This document shows positions 1 through 14,929 of a stretch of 64,000 bases of DNA, piece by piece (the first letter of the stretch is position 1; every line of letters starts with the position of its first letter). The position numbers and the translations under genes were made by a program. Origin of the DNA: Octopus sinensis. Taxonomy: Eukaryota. Under the pieces are notes generated by a model. It was not told the DNA's origin, did no database searches, and saw only the letters and a list, made by a program, of their open reading frames with translations. The stretch lies in the NCBI RefSeq assembly GCF_006345805.1, contig NC_043002.1:17918001-17982000 (forward strand), written 5' to 3'.

Positions 1-789
1 TATATTTATATATTTCAGAGAACAAAGAAATCTATAACAAATTACTCATTTTACTATATCTATTAATTTAGATGCAAAAGAGATAAAGACTCTTTGAAGA
101 ATTAGTAACATTAAAAATAAGAGGAAGCCTTTGTCATTTATAGCGTGATGTTGTTTCATATACAAATATATGAAACCATTAAATATATATTTACAATTTG
201 TTCATGATTTAAATACGAATATAACGCTAATGTAGCTATGTTATTATCAGATCTACGTTAAAATCTCCACTACTAGAAACGTGATTAATTCAACACGTTT
301 TTGTAAGTTCTGAAACCCAAATTAGCTCATGTTAAACATTGAAGCTGATGTTTTTATTTAAATCGTCAAATATATATTTGTTCCTGAATGATGGTTCTAA
401 AACAATTTTAGTGAATCTCATAACTACTTGACTTATAGAGGTAAATACTGGTATATTTGGGGGTTTGTGTAGACCACATAGGGCAAAACTTCTGAACTTC
501 ACTAGTATTTTGCTTTGTCGACACGGTGAGGGAAAGTAAATTGGTCCACCGTAGGATTTTGAACTGAAAGCATTGACGAGAATATGTTTGTTTTTCTTCG
601 TGTGTCTTGCATTTCATATATTTGCTAAGCTACAATATCATTGTATCTCTCTGTATCTCTCACTCTTTTACAGTTGTTGGACTGCGGCCTTGCTGGGGCA
701 ACGCATTGAAGTGTTTTCTTCATGGAACACGTCAATGGCAGTACCTATTTCTTATAGTCTGGTAATCATTCTATCAATCTCTTTTCTGA

Positions 790-990
790 ACTGCTAAATT
801 ACAGGGACGTAAACAAATTAACGCTTATTGACAGTCGATGGGGCAAACGGAGACACACACACTCATGCATGCACACATACAGGCAACATACTTCCGTACA
901 GTATCTGTGCCAAATTCACTCACAAGGAATTGGTCTGTTCGTAGCCGTAGTGAACGACAGTTACTCAAGGTGGGCCTGAACCTGAAATCA
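790..990 (-). mobile_element. Degenerate SINE-A fragment
   Basis: Diverged match to the SINE-A body seen elsewhere in the window (ctgctaa..acagggacgtaaaca; aaattcactcacaagg..ttggtc; ctgaacc). Confidence 0.5.
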
Positions 991-3900
991 CCAAGTATCT
1001 TCAATTTTCATATTTAAATTTCGGATATCGTAATTACTACACTTGTATATTTAACGATATAGAAAAGACCAGTGCAATCTGGCATTCACACATCCACTGG
1101 AAAGCCAAACTAAACAGGCCGACATTTTTTTCAGTATTTTTTGCGAAATAAACCGTAGACATTCACTTGCGCTAATGGCGTCCATTTTCTCTGTTTCTCG
1201 ACCGTTGTCCTCTCCCATTAAGCTTACTGTCTTCAAATGTGTCAGTATAAAACCAAGTATCAATGATGGCTACTTTATGTGGTTGTTTAATCTGATAGAA
1301 ATAGCATTGCTTATTCCTTCAAATGAATCCTGTTTCAGAAATGGACACGTCGGAGAATATATGTTGACTGGGATGGATAGATTTACACAATGCCTGGAAA
1401 AACAGACGTTCATAATGAAAATACTTATGATTGTAGTTTGTTTAGCTCAAGGTCAGTGCTGATACGTTACTCGATCTCTGTTGACTTCAGACAAAGCGGC
1501 AACAACAGTAAAATCTAATATATATATAAGTCTCAAAGAGGAAAGTCCAAGCTAATGACAGAGCTTCTACGCAGTCATAGAAATAAAATCCAATATTATA
1601 TCAACTCCACCTTTTTTAAAAGCATTTTATGTAACATGTTTGAAAATATGAAATGGGATTGTCGTCGTAGCTAGAATAATTTCGATCACCTATCTCTTGG
1701 AATTAAATGATAGTTGGTATTATTTGGAGGTGAAGAGAAATGAAAACATGAACATAATCGAGACAAGCAAGCCATCTAAATGACTACTACATTTGACAAT
1801 GTGATATGAAGTTCTATCAGAACAATTTGCTGCTACGTTGAGTGGCACAGATGAAATCTTCGGTGATAGCTTTTCAGTTTCATAGAACTTGACGCTTATG
1901 CGAAGATAGAAATCCATTACGATCTTGTCGTTGATATTCATTTTACATCGAAAGAAGAAGACCATCGATTAAATGCATTCCGTATTTGAAGATCACATGG
2001 CGATAGGCGTGCACGTCAACCTCACATAATAATAGGTTATGCGTAAAATCAAAGTGATCTGACTGCGATGGTTATATTAACGATGGTTAATATACACAAT
2101 GGTTAATATACACAAGAAAGACATCATTTCTCAAGGGTATCTCGGAGAAAAATACAGGGGGAAATAAAGAGACCAGTAAGATGTCTGTTGTTGTTGTTCT
2201 TCTTCTTCTTAAGCAACAAGACGGGTAAGGGTGATTAGGTGATGGTCTATGGCTTAGGGGCGGGAGACCCCAGACCTTGGAAAAAAAGAACTTTGGTCGT
2301 CTTGTTGAAGTCGAGGGCACTTCGTTGATGCCCGATACCACTGGGAGATGGAAGTCGCTGGAAATGGAGATCTCCAGGTCCAAATTCTTGAACGGCAGAT
2401 GTCTGTTATGTGATACGTGGTAACTTTATATTTACTTTCAATCTCTATCACTTTCTACCACCAAAGCAGTCAAACATTTCTCTACAAACTTCACTCTTAG
2501 AAATATCTACAAATAACATCTACTATCCATCAATATGCTCTGCTACAGTTTCATTTATTTACGTTATTGAATTCATTTCAATGTCGTATAGGCTTCCACT
2601 GATGGAGTATATATCTTTTATTTGTCTTATTATTTTGCATTCGGTCAATATAAAGCGGAAAACTGCCATCACCAGCTGTTCGAAAAATACAAGCAATAAT
2701 GTCAATCGCATTACTTCATTTAATTCAATCATTTGTAAAGGTGTCACACATGCACACAAACCAACAATGTATACATGCACACACAGGTCAACAATGTATA
2801 TATAGATATACACACATATATACATACACATGTATGTGTATGCGTGTGTGTACATACATGTATATCCGTGTATTGATGTATTGTGTCAATGTACATATAC
2901 TATTGTATATTTATTTTTCATGGAAATATCTTATCAGTTACCTCAAATATTTGGCTATATAGATCGCAGCGACCAGAAATATTTCTGCTCCTCCGAGTGT
3001 TGCATATAATAATTTGAGAAACATCTTGTGGGAGGAACAATAAAGCTTGAAAGCTGATTTGGAATGCTGCTACTCTATAGTGGTACATAAAGAAATATCT
3101 TTATGAATATTTCTAATTGGGTTCGGCAGAAACAAAGAATTAGAAGTAGTTTAAGTGGTGGGAGATATAAATGAGGGAAAACAATCAAAGGTTTACTGTC
3201 TACAAAAGAAGAAGGGGTAAAAATAATTTTCTAGTTTTCAATTAAAGAAAGCTATGTTGGAAAGATTCCCACTTCACTCACACCAGCACTCACGCACCAA
3301 CTTCCTTCTCCCACGTACTGAGACATGCGCATAAGCACACACTCACAGCTTCCAACACCAACCTCCCTCGTCACATCTATCCTACCTGATACTTTCGGCA
3401 GTGTCAATCCATACACATCCCCCCTACAAAACAATGATTGACGCTTAAATTGTTGTAATTTTTTCCGACACCACAGTCTAAATGCACAACTCTGTCAATG
3501 ATGTTGGCTGTGTTTTAGTTACAGCTAATGCTTTAACTAAGTTTGTCTACGGTTGCGTCCCTTCCCAGCTAAGGAGCTAGAAACGCGTCTGAAAATCAGT
3601 CAAGGTGGCAGCACTGCATAAATAAGGCGCTTTTGCATATTTTTTTCCTTAAGAAAGATATTTTTCATTGTGGTAACTGCAGTGATTTTGCCTGTTGAAG
3701 TTGAAAATATATCGCAAACATATTTTAACTAGCCTAAAATTCGCTTATTTATATAATTAAATGCACATATATGCGTATACGTGTATGTATGTATGTATGT
3801 TTTAAAGGTGTATAATTGAGTGTAAAATGTGTCTATATACTGATGCATCGTTCTTTTGCTCCTTATATTTTGTCATTGGTTCCGCAAGCAATCTGCTCGG

Positions 3901-5645
3901 CGTTCAGCAAATATAAGTGAAAAACAAAAGCATGCAGCTGGGTATGTGCAATACATATATACATACACACATACATACATAAATGCACACAGATAAACAC
4001 ATATATACATTTATACATACATGCATACATAAAGCCATACACATACATATACATACATATATATATATATATATACATATATATGTATAATATATATATA
4101 TATATATACATATATATGTTTATGTGTGTGTTTGTGTGAGTGTGCATGCATGTGTATATGAGTGTGTGTGTGCTTCTTCATATATTTGTGTATGTGCTTC
4201 TACGTGTTGTATGTAATATTCATTTCATGCACAAAGCTGCCTCAAACAGAAGAACTAAAATTTTTATTTATATAATGTGTGCAAAACATGTAAACACAAT
4301 TTTAAAATGCTATATATGTGCCGAATACGAAGCAGAAAGATGTCCCCTGACGGTCAATTTTACAATCTATTTTCAGCTTCTCAGTGAAAATATTTCGCCG
4401 TATATTTATGAGCTTGCATTTGTAAATGTATATTCTATAAACTAGTATCACATTTTTAAACTTGATTTGCAGTTCAGTTACTTATTAGATATTAAATACT
4501 TTGGAGTGTATTCATTTTTCTGCATATGGGTAATGGTTTATTCGACTCTCTTCTCAATTGTATGACCTTAAGTTAATGTATCTATAGATTTAGCTTTATA
4601 CTAGTTTCAATCTTTACGCTATTATATCTAAGTTCTCTACTCTGTCACTGGATTTCAGTTGGCAGTTTTAATATCATTGCTGTGTTATCGCATTATATTG
4701 GGCAGTTCGTCTGTCGCCTTCCAGATTTTCTCATTCAGTCTTGTTTCAGCCATTTCTTTATATTTCTTACGTCATTTTATCACCATTCAACAAATTGTTA
4801 GCTTTGCATTGCGTCTATACGTGTCCTTTGAGACTAAAACATTTTGTTTTCTCTTGTCTTATATTTTGATGTATATATTGAGTCCACGTGCCATGACGTC
4901 GCATTTTTATCGAGATGGTTCCGTTTCTCCTGGCCGATATCCTTATATCACACACTTTGATGAAAATACTTGTTTTTTCTGTTTTCTCATATATTTTATC
5001 TAATTCATATTACGCGGTTGATTTCCTTTGTGCCTGGCGTCACTCAATATTGCTTTCATTCAATGACATGTGTGTGAGTGTGTGTGCACGTGTGTGTATA
5101 TATGCTTACATTTCGATTATTTTTCGCTGTCACACACATTTTCAGACATAAATATATATATATTCCTATATAAACACACCCAGACATGCACACACGCACC
5201 CGCACAAACACACAGAGTAGATCTCCCCCACGTACACATATATATATATATATACATGCCAAAAATGCTCGAGATAGTAGCAATATCTGAAGAATGATCT
5301 TGCTTAAAAATGATACACTATTTAAGTAACTATGAGAGAAACAGAACACGTATCTTTTAGCAAGGAAGATGTCGTATTGTGTGCTATGTGCAGGAGCGTT
5401 CCGTGTTCAACGTTTCAAATATGCTTGTAATGTTTCAGCCCATATAAAGAAACTCATATAGAGAAAGTCCTAAATAACTTATCTGTCAATATGCTGTTTC
5501 TTTAAATTTTTAAGACGGCAGATTGAATAATTGATAATGAGGAAAATTTGGGTATCAATTTTGTAAAAGCTTTTAAAGGTATTTTTTAATATGCTGGTCA
5601 TTGATAAAATGTTTTCGAAAATTTTATCCTATATTAGATATATAA

Positions 5646-5706
<61 letters not shown>

Positions 5707-5937
5707 TGATTCCTTAACCCCCTTTTTTTTCTATCTCTTCTCCTCTCACGTGACTACTGGTCAACCAGTTTTTCCTTGGGGTTGGCCGGATCGGAGCGAT
5801 CTCAAGATTAATCAGCCGAATTTGCGAGGATGATCCGTTTCTTGACTGAAGATTGAAGGCTTCGAATGTCCCGTCCGTGTATTTTGTATCGTCTTCTAAA
5901 TGTTTTCCGTTCTTGTCCCAGTTTGTATTTTTTTACA

Positions 5938-6004
5938 TATTCATATACACATACATACATATGTATTTACGTAGGTGTAATCACTGGTATTTGAATATAT
6001 ATAT

Positions 6005-6061
<57 letters not shown>

Positions 6062-6244
6062 ATGAAATATATATGAATAAAAAAGATCTACAGGTGTTAA
6101 TTTATTGACAAATGTCAAGGTTTCTTTAAAATGATGTAATGTTTTCGTTAATCGATTAACGGAGTCGCTTGAAACGGCCGTAATGAATGTGTGTGTGTGT
6201 GTGTGCGTGCGTGTGTGTGTGTGTTTGTGTGTGTTTCTATATAT

Positions 6245-6314
<70 letters not shown>

Positions 6315-6453
6315 CTAAGTAATTAAGGGTTTAGCAACGATTTGCCTCCCACACACCGAATTTAGAAATATCAGTCAAAGAGTTATGGCTATTCTTTCTA
6401 CTTAAAAGGGAGATCTCAGTAAAACCACAGCAATTAAAAGGCAAACAACGCAG

Positions 6454-6508
<55 letters not shown>

Positions 6509-6544
6509 TATATATAGAAACACACACAAACACAGACACACACG

Positions 6545-6610
<66 letters not shown>

Positions 6611-7027
6611 ATATCAGATTCCGTTGAATTAGATAATTAAATTGAGTCACCTTGCTAGGTCCGTATAATTCGCACACCCAAAACAATATTAACTGAATAT
6701 TGAATATCAAGACTCCGTGCAGGGGTGTTTGTTTGTATCCGATATTCCTGCCATGTGTGCTGACAACGCAATCAGCTACGCGTCGATTTACGCTCTGGGA
6801 AATTCAGACATGTAATTTTGGTAAAGGTACTTTCTGAAGAATTGCTGGTGTGTAGATTTCAAGTTAGGTCAATAAAATATAAATGAGTAACCAAGATGTA
6901 GAGGTGTCAATTCATTACGGCCGTTTCAAGCGACTCCGTTAATCGATTAACGAAAACATTACATCATTTTAAAGAAACCTTGACATTTGTCAATAAATTA
7001 ACACCTGTACATCTTTTTTATTCATAT

Positions 7028-7082
<55 letters not shown>

Positions 7083-7135
7083 ATACCAGTGATTACACCT
7101 ACATAAATACATATGTATGTATGTGTATATGAATA
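5938..7135. repeat. Inverted duplication: arms 5938-6188 and 6910-7135, about 720 bp spacer
   Basis: The arms are reverse complements. I see only two substitutions outside the internal (TA)n tract (gatctac/gatgtac, tttacgt/tttatgt). Confidence 0.92.
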
Positions 7136-7177
7136 CACACAAACACACACACACACGCACACACCACACACACACAC

Positions 7178-7255
<78 letters not shown>

Positions 7256-7299
7256 ATATGCATATACATGTATGTATAATTTTTCTACTTGAAACTTCT

Positions 7300-7560
7300 T
7301 CTGGTATTATTCCGCAACATGAAAAAAAGACTTGGCAGGGAACCACTATTGCAATGATCATGACGTCATATCTGCTGTTGATAACATTTTTTGATAAGCA
7401 CGATGAAAACCTCTTCACCAATGGGATAGCAATACTGCAAGACCGATGGAAGAATTGTGTGGACCTCAAAGAGGAATATGTTGAAAAATAAACTACATTT
7501 GGTCACATTCTATGAGAGTATCTTAATCAGATTATGAACATTTCATCCGACCCTCTTACG
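7300..7560 (+). mobile_element. Mariner (Tc1/mariner) transposase C-terminal relic plus probable 3' TIR
   Basis: Encodes ...DKHDENLFTNGIAILQDRWKNCVDLKEEYVEK*, a typical mariner C-terminus (GI..L..RW.KC....G.YVE), with a frameshift upstream. A TIR-like sequence follows (atgaacatttcatccgaccctcttac). Confidence 0.8.
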
Positions 7561-7940
7561 GAAGATGCATGAACAGAGAACAGAAAAAACCCGTACGTCT
7601 GATGTAAAATCGCAAAACATACCGAATATATTTGATACCTCAACTCGTTCCAAGAGAGAAGCGATTGTCATTAATATATAAGGAATTACTAGGATAGCAG
7701 GACGTAAATCCTGATGCAATATTTGTATTCATTTGAAGCAATTTCCTATTTTGTACGCCAGTATAAGAATTAGCTAAATATAATTTACCCCTTTAATACT
7801 TCATATCCTTCATGTTTTTGGTATTCAACACGAGTCAGAACTATGGATGAAGACAGAAACGAACTGCGGATTATTCTATAAAATCAGTTATTTGGGGGCC
7901 ATATTTTTCATCTTTGTACCTCTTACTTAATGTTTGATAG

Positions 7941-8384
7941 AGGGCGTAGGAGTGTCTGTGTGGTAAGTAGCTTGCTTCCGAATCACATGGTTCCGGGTTC
8001 AGTCCCACTGCGTGGCAACTTGGGCAAGTGTCTTCTACTATAGCCTTGGGCCGACCAAAGGCTTGTAAGTGGATTTGGTAGGCGGAAACTGAAACAAGCC
8101 CTTCGTATATATGTATATATATATATATGTGTGTGTGTGAGTGTGTGTATGTATGTGTGTGTGTGTGTGTCTGTGATTGTTCCCACAACATCGCTCGACA
8201 ACCAATGCTGGTGTGTTTACGTCCCCGTAACTCAGCGGTTCAGCAAAAAGAGACCGATAGGATAAGTACTAGGCTTACAAAGAATAAGTCCTGGGCGTCG
8301 ATTTGATCGACTAAAAAAGGCGGTGCTCCAGCATGGCCACAGTCAAATGACTGAAACAAGTAAAAGAGTAAAAGGGTAAAAGAG
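7941..8384 (+). mobile_element. SINE-A (tRNA-derived, Octopus-type), full length
   Basis: tRNA-like head (tggtaagtagcttgc...ggttccgggttcagtccc), internal (TA)/(TG) tract, 3' end ggcggtgctccagcatggccacagtcaaatgactgaaac followed by a (gtaaaaga)n tail. Many near-identical copies in the window. Confidence 0.9.
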
Positions 8385-8881
8385 TGTCTCCCAGATTAAA
8401 ACAACGTTTCTATCTCTACGATGTCTTCGCAGTGTTTCATAGAGCTGAAAGCACAGGTTATTTATCCTACATAACGATGGAAAGGTATACATATATACGT
8501 GTACTGGTAAAATCGCAATACCAATGTGTAGTAGCATAGTTAACATTAATATAACACTGATAATGTAAGGCATCAGACGATTATGCATAGTTTTCGTTCG
8601 CTGAAGAGCATCGCGAAGTTTTTCGTTCTACCAAAATTTTGGTAACAGAAACACAGGATGAAAATATGACTTCCAAACAGAATTCCAGGCTGAAAAATCG
8701 AATTCAGAATCTCATAATTTCTAACAGAAAATTTTTAAACAGCGGCCATGTTTGGGTTCACACGTATTCACATGCATGGAGAATATATACATACACACAC
8801 ACACACACATACAAACATATTGTATGCATAGGTGTATGTATATATTATATGCATATGAATGTGTGCCTGTATGTACGCATG

Positions 8882-8929
<48 letters not shown>

Positions 8930-9017
8930 TATATATATACATATATATGTATATATGTATATATATCTATGTATATGCGTATATATGTATATACATATGC
9001 GTATATATGTATATACA

Positions 9018-9083
<66 letters not shown>

Positions 9084-9772
9084 CATATACACACACATAT
9101 ATATGTATATATATATATATATGTATGTATGTATATATATATACATACATACACACACTTCAAAATAGATACATACATGTATAGTTTTTCATACATATTT
9201 GCTACATAAGGTGATTTCATGATGATTCTCTCTGCATCTCTATCTCTCTCACTTTGTCTCTTTATGCCCCCCTCCCCCTCCTGTTTCCTATAATCGCCAG
9301 ATGTGCTGCAATCAGAAGAGATTCCAGTATATCCTGCTTAATGTCTTGCACAGAAATGTTCAAATGAATGAATTATTCATCAGTTATCTTATGCATTCCA
9401 TATTAATCCTATATTCAATGCTCTCTGTAGTAAACATCAAATTTAAAAGTTCTGTCAAACACCAGCGCACATATAGAAATTTCTATACAAAAGAAAAATC
9501 GAAATAATATGCCACGTATATATGCACATATTTATATGCGGAATACAGGCCTAAATATGTGCATATGCTTGTCTGTTCTTTTATATATGTTATTATTCAT
9601 GTATGCATGTAGATACAAACATAATACAATTAGATATTTAAATACGTACGTATATGTGTCTATATATCTCTCTGTGTTCGTGTATGTGATGTGTGTCGGT
9701 ATGTATCTGTGTATGAGTATGTGTGCATATGTGTGTGCATACATATAGACTTGCATACGTAAATACAAATGC

Positions 9773-9803
<31 letters not shown>

Positions 9804-9871
9804 CATACATATATATATATATATACATATATATGCATATATATATATATGTGTATGTAATATATATATAT

Positions 9872-11826
9872 GGGTAATAGAAAATATAAAATCAAACCCT
9901 AAAGCTTTCTTTAAGTTTGCCAAAGAGACAGCCACAGTGCACCAGAGAATAGGACCTCTCTTCCAAAAAGATGGCTCTCTCACAGGAAATCCCACGAGGA
10001 TAAGTGAAATACTGAACGAACAGTTCCAAAGTGTGTTCACTACACCTCTAGGACACAGGCAAGTAAACAACCCAGAAGAATTCTTTGCCACTTTACCAGC
10101 GGCCAAAGAGACAAAAATTGAGTACATCAACATCGAAGAAGATGATATCACACTAGCCATTGATGAGATTGACACAAACTCAGCTGCTAGACCTGATGGA
10201 TTCCCAGCGATCCTTCTCAAATCGTGCAAACGAGCCCTTGCAAAACCGCTACAGCTTCTTTTTCAGAGCTTTCTTGCAAGTGGTAAGCTCCCAGTCAAAC
10301 TGAAAGAGGGGGCAATATGCCCTATCCATAAGGGAGGTAGCAGAGCAGATGCTAAAAATTATAGGCCTATCTCTCTGACCTCACACATCAGCAAAGTCAT
10401 GGAACGAATAGTCCGTAAGAAACTAATCATGTTCCTTGAAGAAAATGACTTACTGTCTGACACCCAGCATGGATTTCGACCAGGTAGAGGCTGCCTAACA
10501 CAGCTCCTGCAACACTATGACTGGGTGTTGAAACAGCTACTAAATGGCTCAAATGTGGATGTAATATATCTTGACTTTCCAAAAGCCTTTGATAAAGTCG
10601 ACCATGGTATGATCTGTCACAAACTGCGTGGTCTCGGCATAGGCGGGAAACTTGGAGAGTGGTTGCACAACTTCCTAAAAGACAGAAAACAGGCAGTTGT
10701 GAGCAATGGAGCCACCTCCAGGGAAACGCAAATAACAAGCGGTGTCCCACAGGGCACTGTCTTGGGGCCACTGATGTTCATAGTGGCCCTTTCAGACATG
10801 CCTTCAGTTGCTACGATGACCACCCTTGCTAGCTATGCAGATGACACAAAAGTCTCACACGCAATACAAAACCCTGAAAATATTGCGCATCTGCAACATG
10901 AGCTGGACACAATATGCAGGTGGGCTGAGGACAACAACATGCAGTTTAATGCAGGTAAGTTCTAGGCCCTGCGCTACTGGCACACAAAGGTAAATGACGT
11001 GAAGACTGGATACACTGGCCCAGGAAGAATTGCAATCCCTGAGTCAAAATCAGTGCGTGACCTGGGCATTGACATGAGCAATGATGCATCTTTCCAAATG
11101 CATATTGCTAATCTGGTGATAAAATGCAGACGGCTAGCTGGATGGATTCTCCGAACTTTCAGAACAAGAGTGAAGGAGACACTGATGGTCCTATGGAAAA
11201 CATTTGTCCTCAGCCGCTTGGACTACTGCTCCCAACTTTGGTCACCACACAATATAAAACAAACAGCAGAACTCGAAGCAACTCAGAGAAGCTACACAAA
11301 GAAAATCGTCTCAATGCAAAATGTCAGCTACTGGGAAAGACTGAAGGTATTAAACCTCTTCTCCCTGGAGCGGAGGCGGGAGAGATATGCAGTGATATAC
11401 ATCTGGAAAATCCTGGAGGGTCTTGTCCCAAACTTTGCATTCAAAGTTACTCCAACCGCAGAACGGGGCGCCGCTGCGTGGTGCCAAGGATTCCAACATC
11501 ACCATCAAAATACAGGTCCAGATACTGCAACAGCTTGGGTTTCAGAGGACCACAGCTCTTTAACATCCTCCCTAAATGCCTGAGAGACTTACATGGTGTG
11601 GATGTGGGTTTCTTTAAAACTAAACTGGATCTCTTCTTGTTGGGAGTCCCAGATGAACCTACCTCACGACAGGAGACACGGATGCGGGCAGCAGCATCGA
11701 ACTCCCTTGTTGATCAAGTGCCACGTATCAGAGGTGGATTCACAAACTAGTGTAGCTCATTCAGCGGTGGTGCCCCAGCATGGCCGCGGCCTTCGGGCTA
11801 AAACATTTTTAAGGATTTAAGGATTT
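9872..11826 (+). mobile_element. 5'-truncated CR1/L2-group non-LTR retrotransposon (ORF2 reverse transcriptase region and 3' UTR)
   Basis: RT motifs YRPISLTS, QHGFRPGR, YLDFPKAFDKV, GVPQGTVLGP, YADD, then RDLGI, LDYCSQLWSP, SLERRRERY. One in-frame TAG (10963-10965) and a frameshift near 11435; ORF ends at 11750; (aggattt)n tail. Confidence 0.95.
9937..11750 (+). pseudogene. Disrupted LINE ORF2 reverse transcriptase
   Basis: ORF-track segments 9937-10965, 10999-11583 and 11124-11750 join into one RT plus C-terminal protein across one stop and one frameshift. Confidence 0.9.
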
Positions 11827-12238
11827 ATATGTATATATGTCAACATATACATCTATATATGTAGTTTTGTACGTATGTATATACTTATATATAAATGTAT
11901 GAAGAAGCATGTATGTATGAATGAAATACACGTACACTATGTGCGAGTTAAATATCTACATCTCCATACTCTTTTATGCATATGTGTATGAGTATACACA
12001 TATGTGTGTATCTATGTAGCTGTGTGTGTCCGTTGAATGTGTGTATGTGTATGTTTGTGTATGTATATGAGCATAAAAGAAAAATATAGATGTAGATATA
12101 CAATTCATATTGGATTTCATGTATTATATACATTCAGCAAGGCATCGAGCTATACATGTGTATGTGTACTTCTCAGGTCCTCTCTCTCTCATTCTTTCCA
12201 TCCCTTTTCTCTCTCTCTCCTCTCTCTCTCTCTCTCTT

Positions 12239-12286
<48 letters not shown>

Positions 12287-12300
12287 TATATATATAATAT

Positions 12301-12337
<37 letters not shown>

Positions 12338-12638
12338 CACTGTTTTTCTTTCCATATATATATATATATATCACTGTTTTTCTTTCCATATATATATATA
12401 TATATATATATACATACACATACGTGTACGGTTACACACCCACCTACATACCTACCTGCCCACTCACCCACATACTCACAAACATTCATGGAATGAGTGA
12501 GTGGCAGGGAGACAAATATATGTATCACCAGATATCGTACTGACGCATCTGAAATGGTCTGCTTCTATCATCAGCATTACATAGAGTCATGCTCTCATAT
12601 ACATAAATATACATACATATATATATATATATATATAT

Positions 12639-12677
<39 letters not shown>

Positions 12678-12983
12678 AATGTATACATGCATACATATAC
12701 ACATATGCATGTATATTTATGCATACATACACACGTATACATGTATATTGGTCTGCAGGTACTGCAGGCGATATCTGAATGATCACATGTAAACTCTCCC
12801 TGACTAATGGTTTTCGGTAAAGAGAAAAGTCACTGTAACCCGATTCAGCTTCATCACAATGAATTCATTATATATACATATGTATGTGCATGCATATATA
12901 CACACACACACACCCAAACACACACAGACACACTTATATATAAATTTATATATGCACATATATATATATGTGTGTGTGTATAC

Positions 12984-13014
<31 letters not shown>

Positions 13015-13020
13015 TATTTA

Positions 13021-13070
<50 letters not shown>

Positions 13071-14060
13071 CATATATTATATATGTGTGTGTGCGTCTCT
13101 ATGTGTATGCGTCAGCGTGTGTATATGTGTGTGTGTACGTAGACATACGCTAACAAATGATTTTATTCACGTTTTACAGTTTTTCGCTTCGTGCCAATTA
13201 CTAAATTTTAGGTGTTTTTCTGTATTTATTTAATAATCATACATGCACCACGATGCATACCAACTCAGATATATGCGTATGTACGTTAGTATGCATGGTC
13301 GTGTGTTTACATGTGATGTATATCGATGTATGTACGTATAAATGTATATATAAGTAACATATGCTTACATGAAAGTATTCGTTTTGGTCTCTAATAGAAG
13401 TGGAAATATATTGGTTAGAATAGGCGGATAGAATTGGCATTTCATTTGCTTCATTCTCTAAATTTCCCATACATTCTATTAGTGTGGAATGAGTTCAGCT
13501 TCAGCCAATATCCGATGATCAAGGACGTAATGTAAATTCTATCGTTGAAATTATGCAAACGATTATGTAAACTCTTTTGCAGTATAAAACATTGAATTTC
13601 GGTATCTATGTTCGAATGTAGACGATGTCGATATGGTTAATTCATATTTCTGAATCGATAATACGGCTAACGTTCGTATAGGCATTTGCCTGCAAGTGCA
13701 GTGAGCACCGTAAACAATACCTTCCGTTATTTCTTTGTGAATGTGCAGTAAACTTCTTTGTGTTCATATTACGAGTTCAAATTTGATTGTAAATTCTTCG
13801 GTGTTTCAAAATATATATATAAATTTCGTTTTGGGATTTGATTTGCACGATTCTTTATATGAATTCGTGTGTAGAAGCATATTCTGTTGTGTCTGTGGTG
13901 AGTCATTCTCTTTTAGTGCCTTATTATTTAACACACTCACCGGTAAAATTTCCACTTATTTCTTATTTTTATTTTCTAAAATTTTCGTTGCGCCTTGCAA
14001 CCTTTTCAACAGTATTGACTCTTTATATATAAATTGATATATAAATTGATATATATATAT

Positions 14061-14428
14061 ACTCTTTTACTCTTTTATTTGTTTCAGTCATTTGACTGCG
14101 GCCATGCTGGAGCACCGCCTTTAGTCGAACAAATCGACCCCGGGACTTATTCCTTGTAAGCCCAGTACTTATTCTATCGGTCTCTTTTAGCCGAACCGCT
14201 AAGTGACAGGGACGTAAACACACCAGCATCGGTTGTCAAGCAATGCTAGGGGGACAAACACAGACACACAAACACACACATATATATATATATATTATAT
14301 ATATATATATACGACAGGCTTCTTTCAGTTTCCGTCTACCAAATCCACTCACAAGGCATTGGTCGGCCCGGGGCTATAGCAGAAGACACTTGCCCAAGGT
14401 GCCACGCAGTGGGACTGAACCCGGAACC
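14061..14428 (-). mobile_element. SINE-A, slightly 5'-truncated
   Basis: Reverse complement of the 7941-8384 element; the first part of the head is missing. Confidence 0.9.
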
Positions 14429-14777
14429 TGTTATATATACATATGGGTAATCAGAAATAATAGAAATTTCCATTACCAGTGGCCTAAAGTGTAAAAGTTT
14501 ACACAATAGACTATATATTATTCACATAAATACAATGTACATTAAACACATAAGAGGCATCCATCATAGGATTCCTTGCAGACTAGAGAGCACAGTTAAA
14601 TTCCAAAATACTATTAGGGATAAAATTTCGAAGGAAATGAAAAATGAAAACATTTACCATCTAACTTCTGGACTAATGTTGTTTGTAATAGTGGTTTGGA
14701 ATTTAACTGTTCTCTTTAGCGTGCAAAGAATCCTATGATGGATGCCTCTATGTGTTTAGATGTACACTGTATTCATA

Positions 14778-14827
<50 letters not shown>

Positions 14828-14829
14828 TA

Positions 14830-14929
<100 letters not shown>

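Noticed and set aside
2087-2451. GC-richer patch with overlapping short ORFs
   Set aside because: No recognisable domain in any frame. A faint RPL18A-like ending (TRRPKFFF) and a 17-bp match to the 28512 element are too weak to support a call.
8601-8625. CTGAAGA-GC-atc-GC-GAAG hammerhead-like string
   Set aside because: No GAAAC, no stem III or NUH triplet, no stem I.
8639-9220. Long YI/HT/VC-repeat ORFs here and throughout the window
   Set aside because: Translations of (TA)n and (CA)n microsatellites, which lack stops in several frames.
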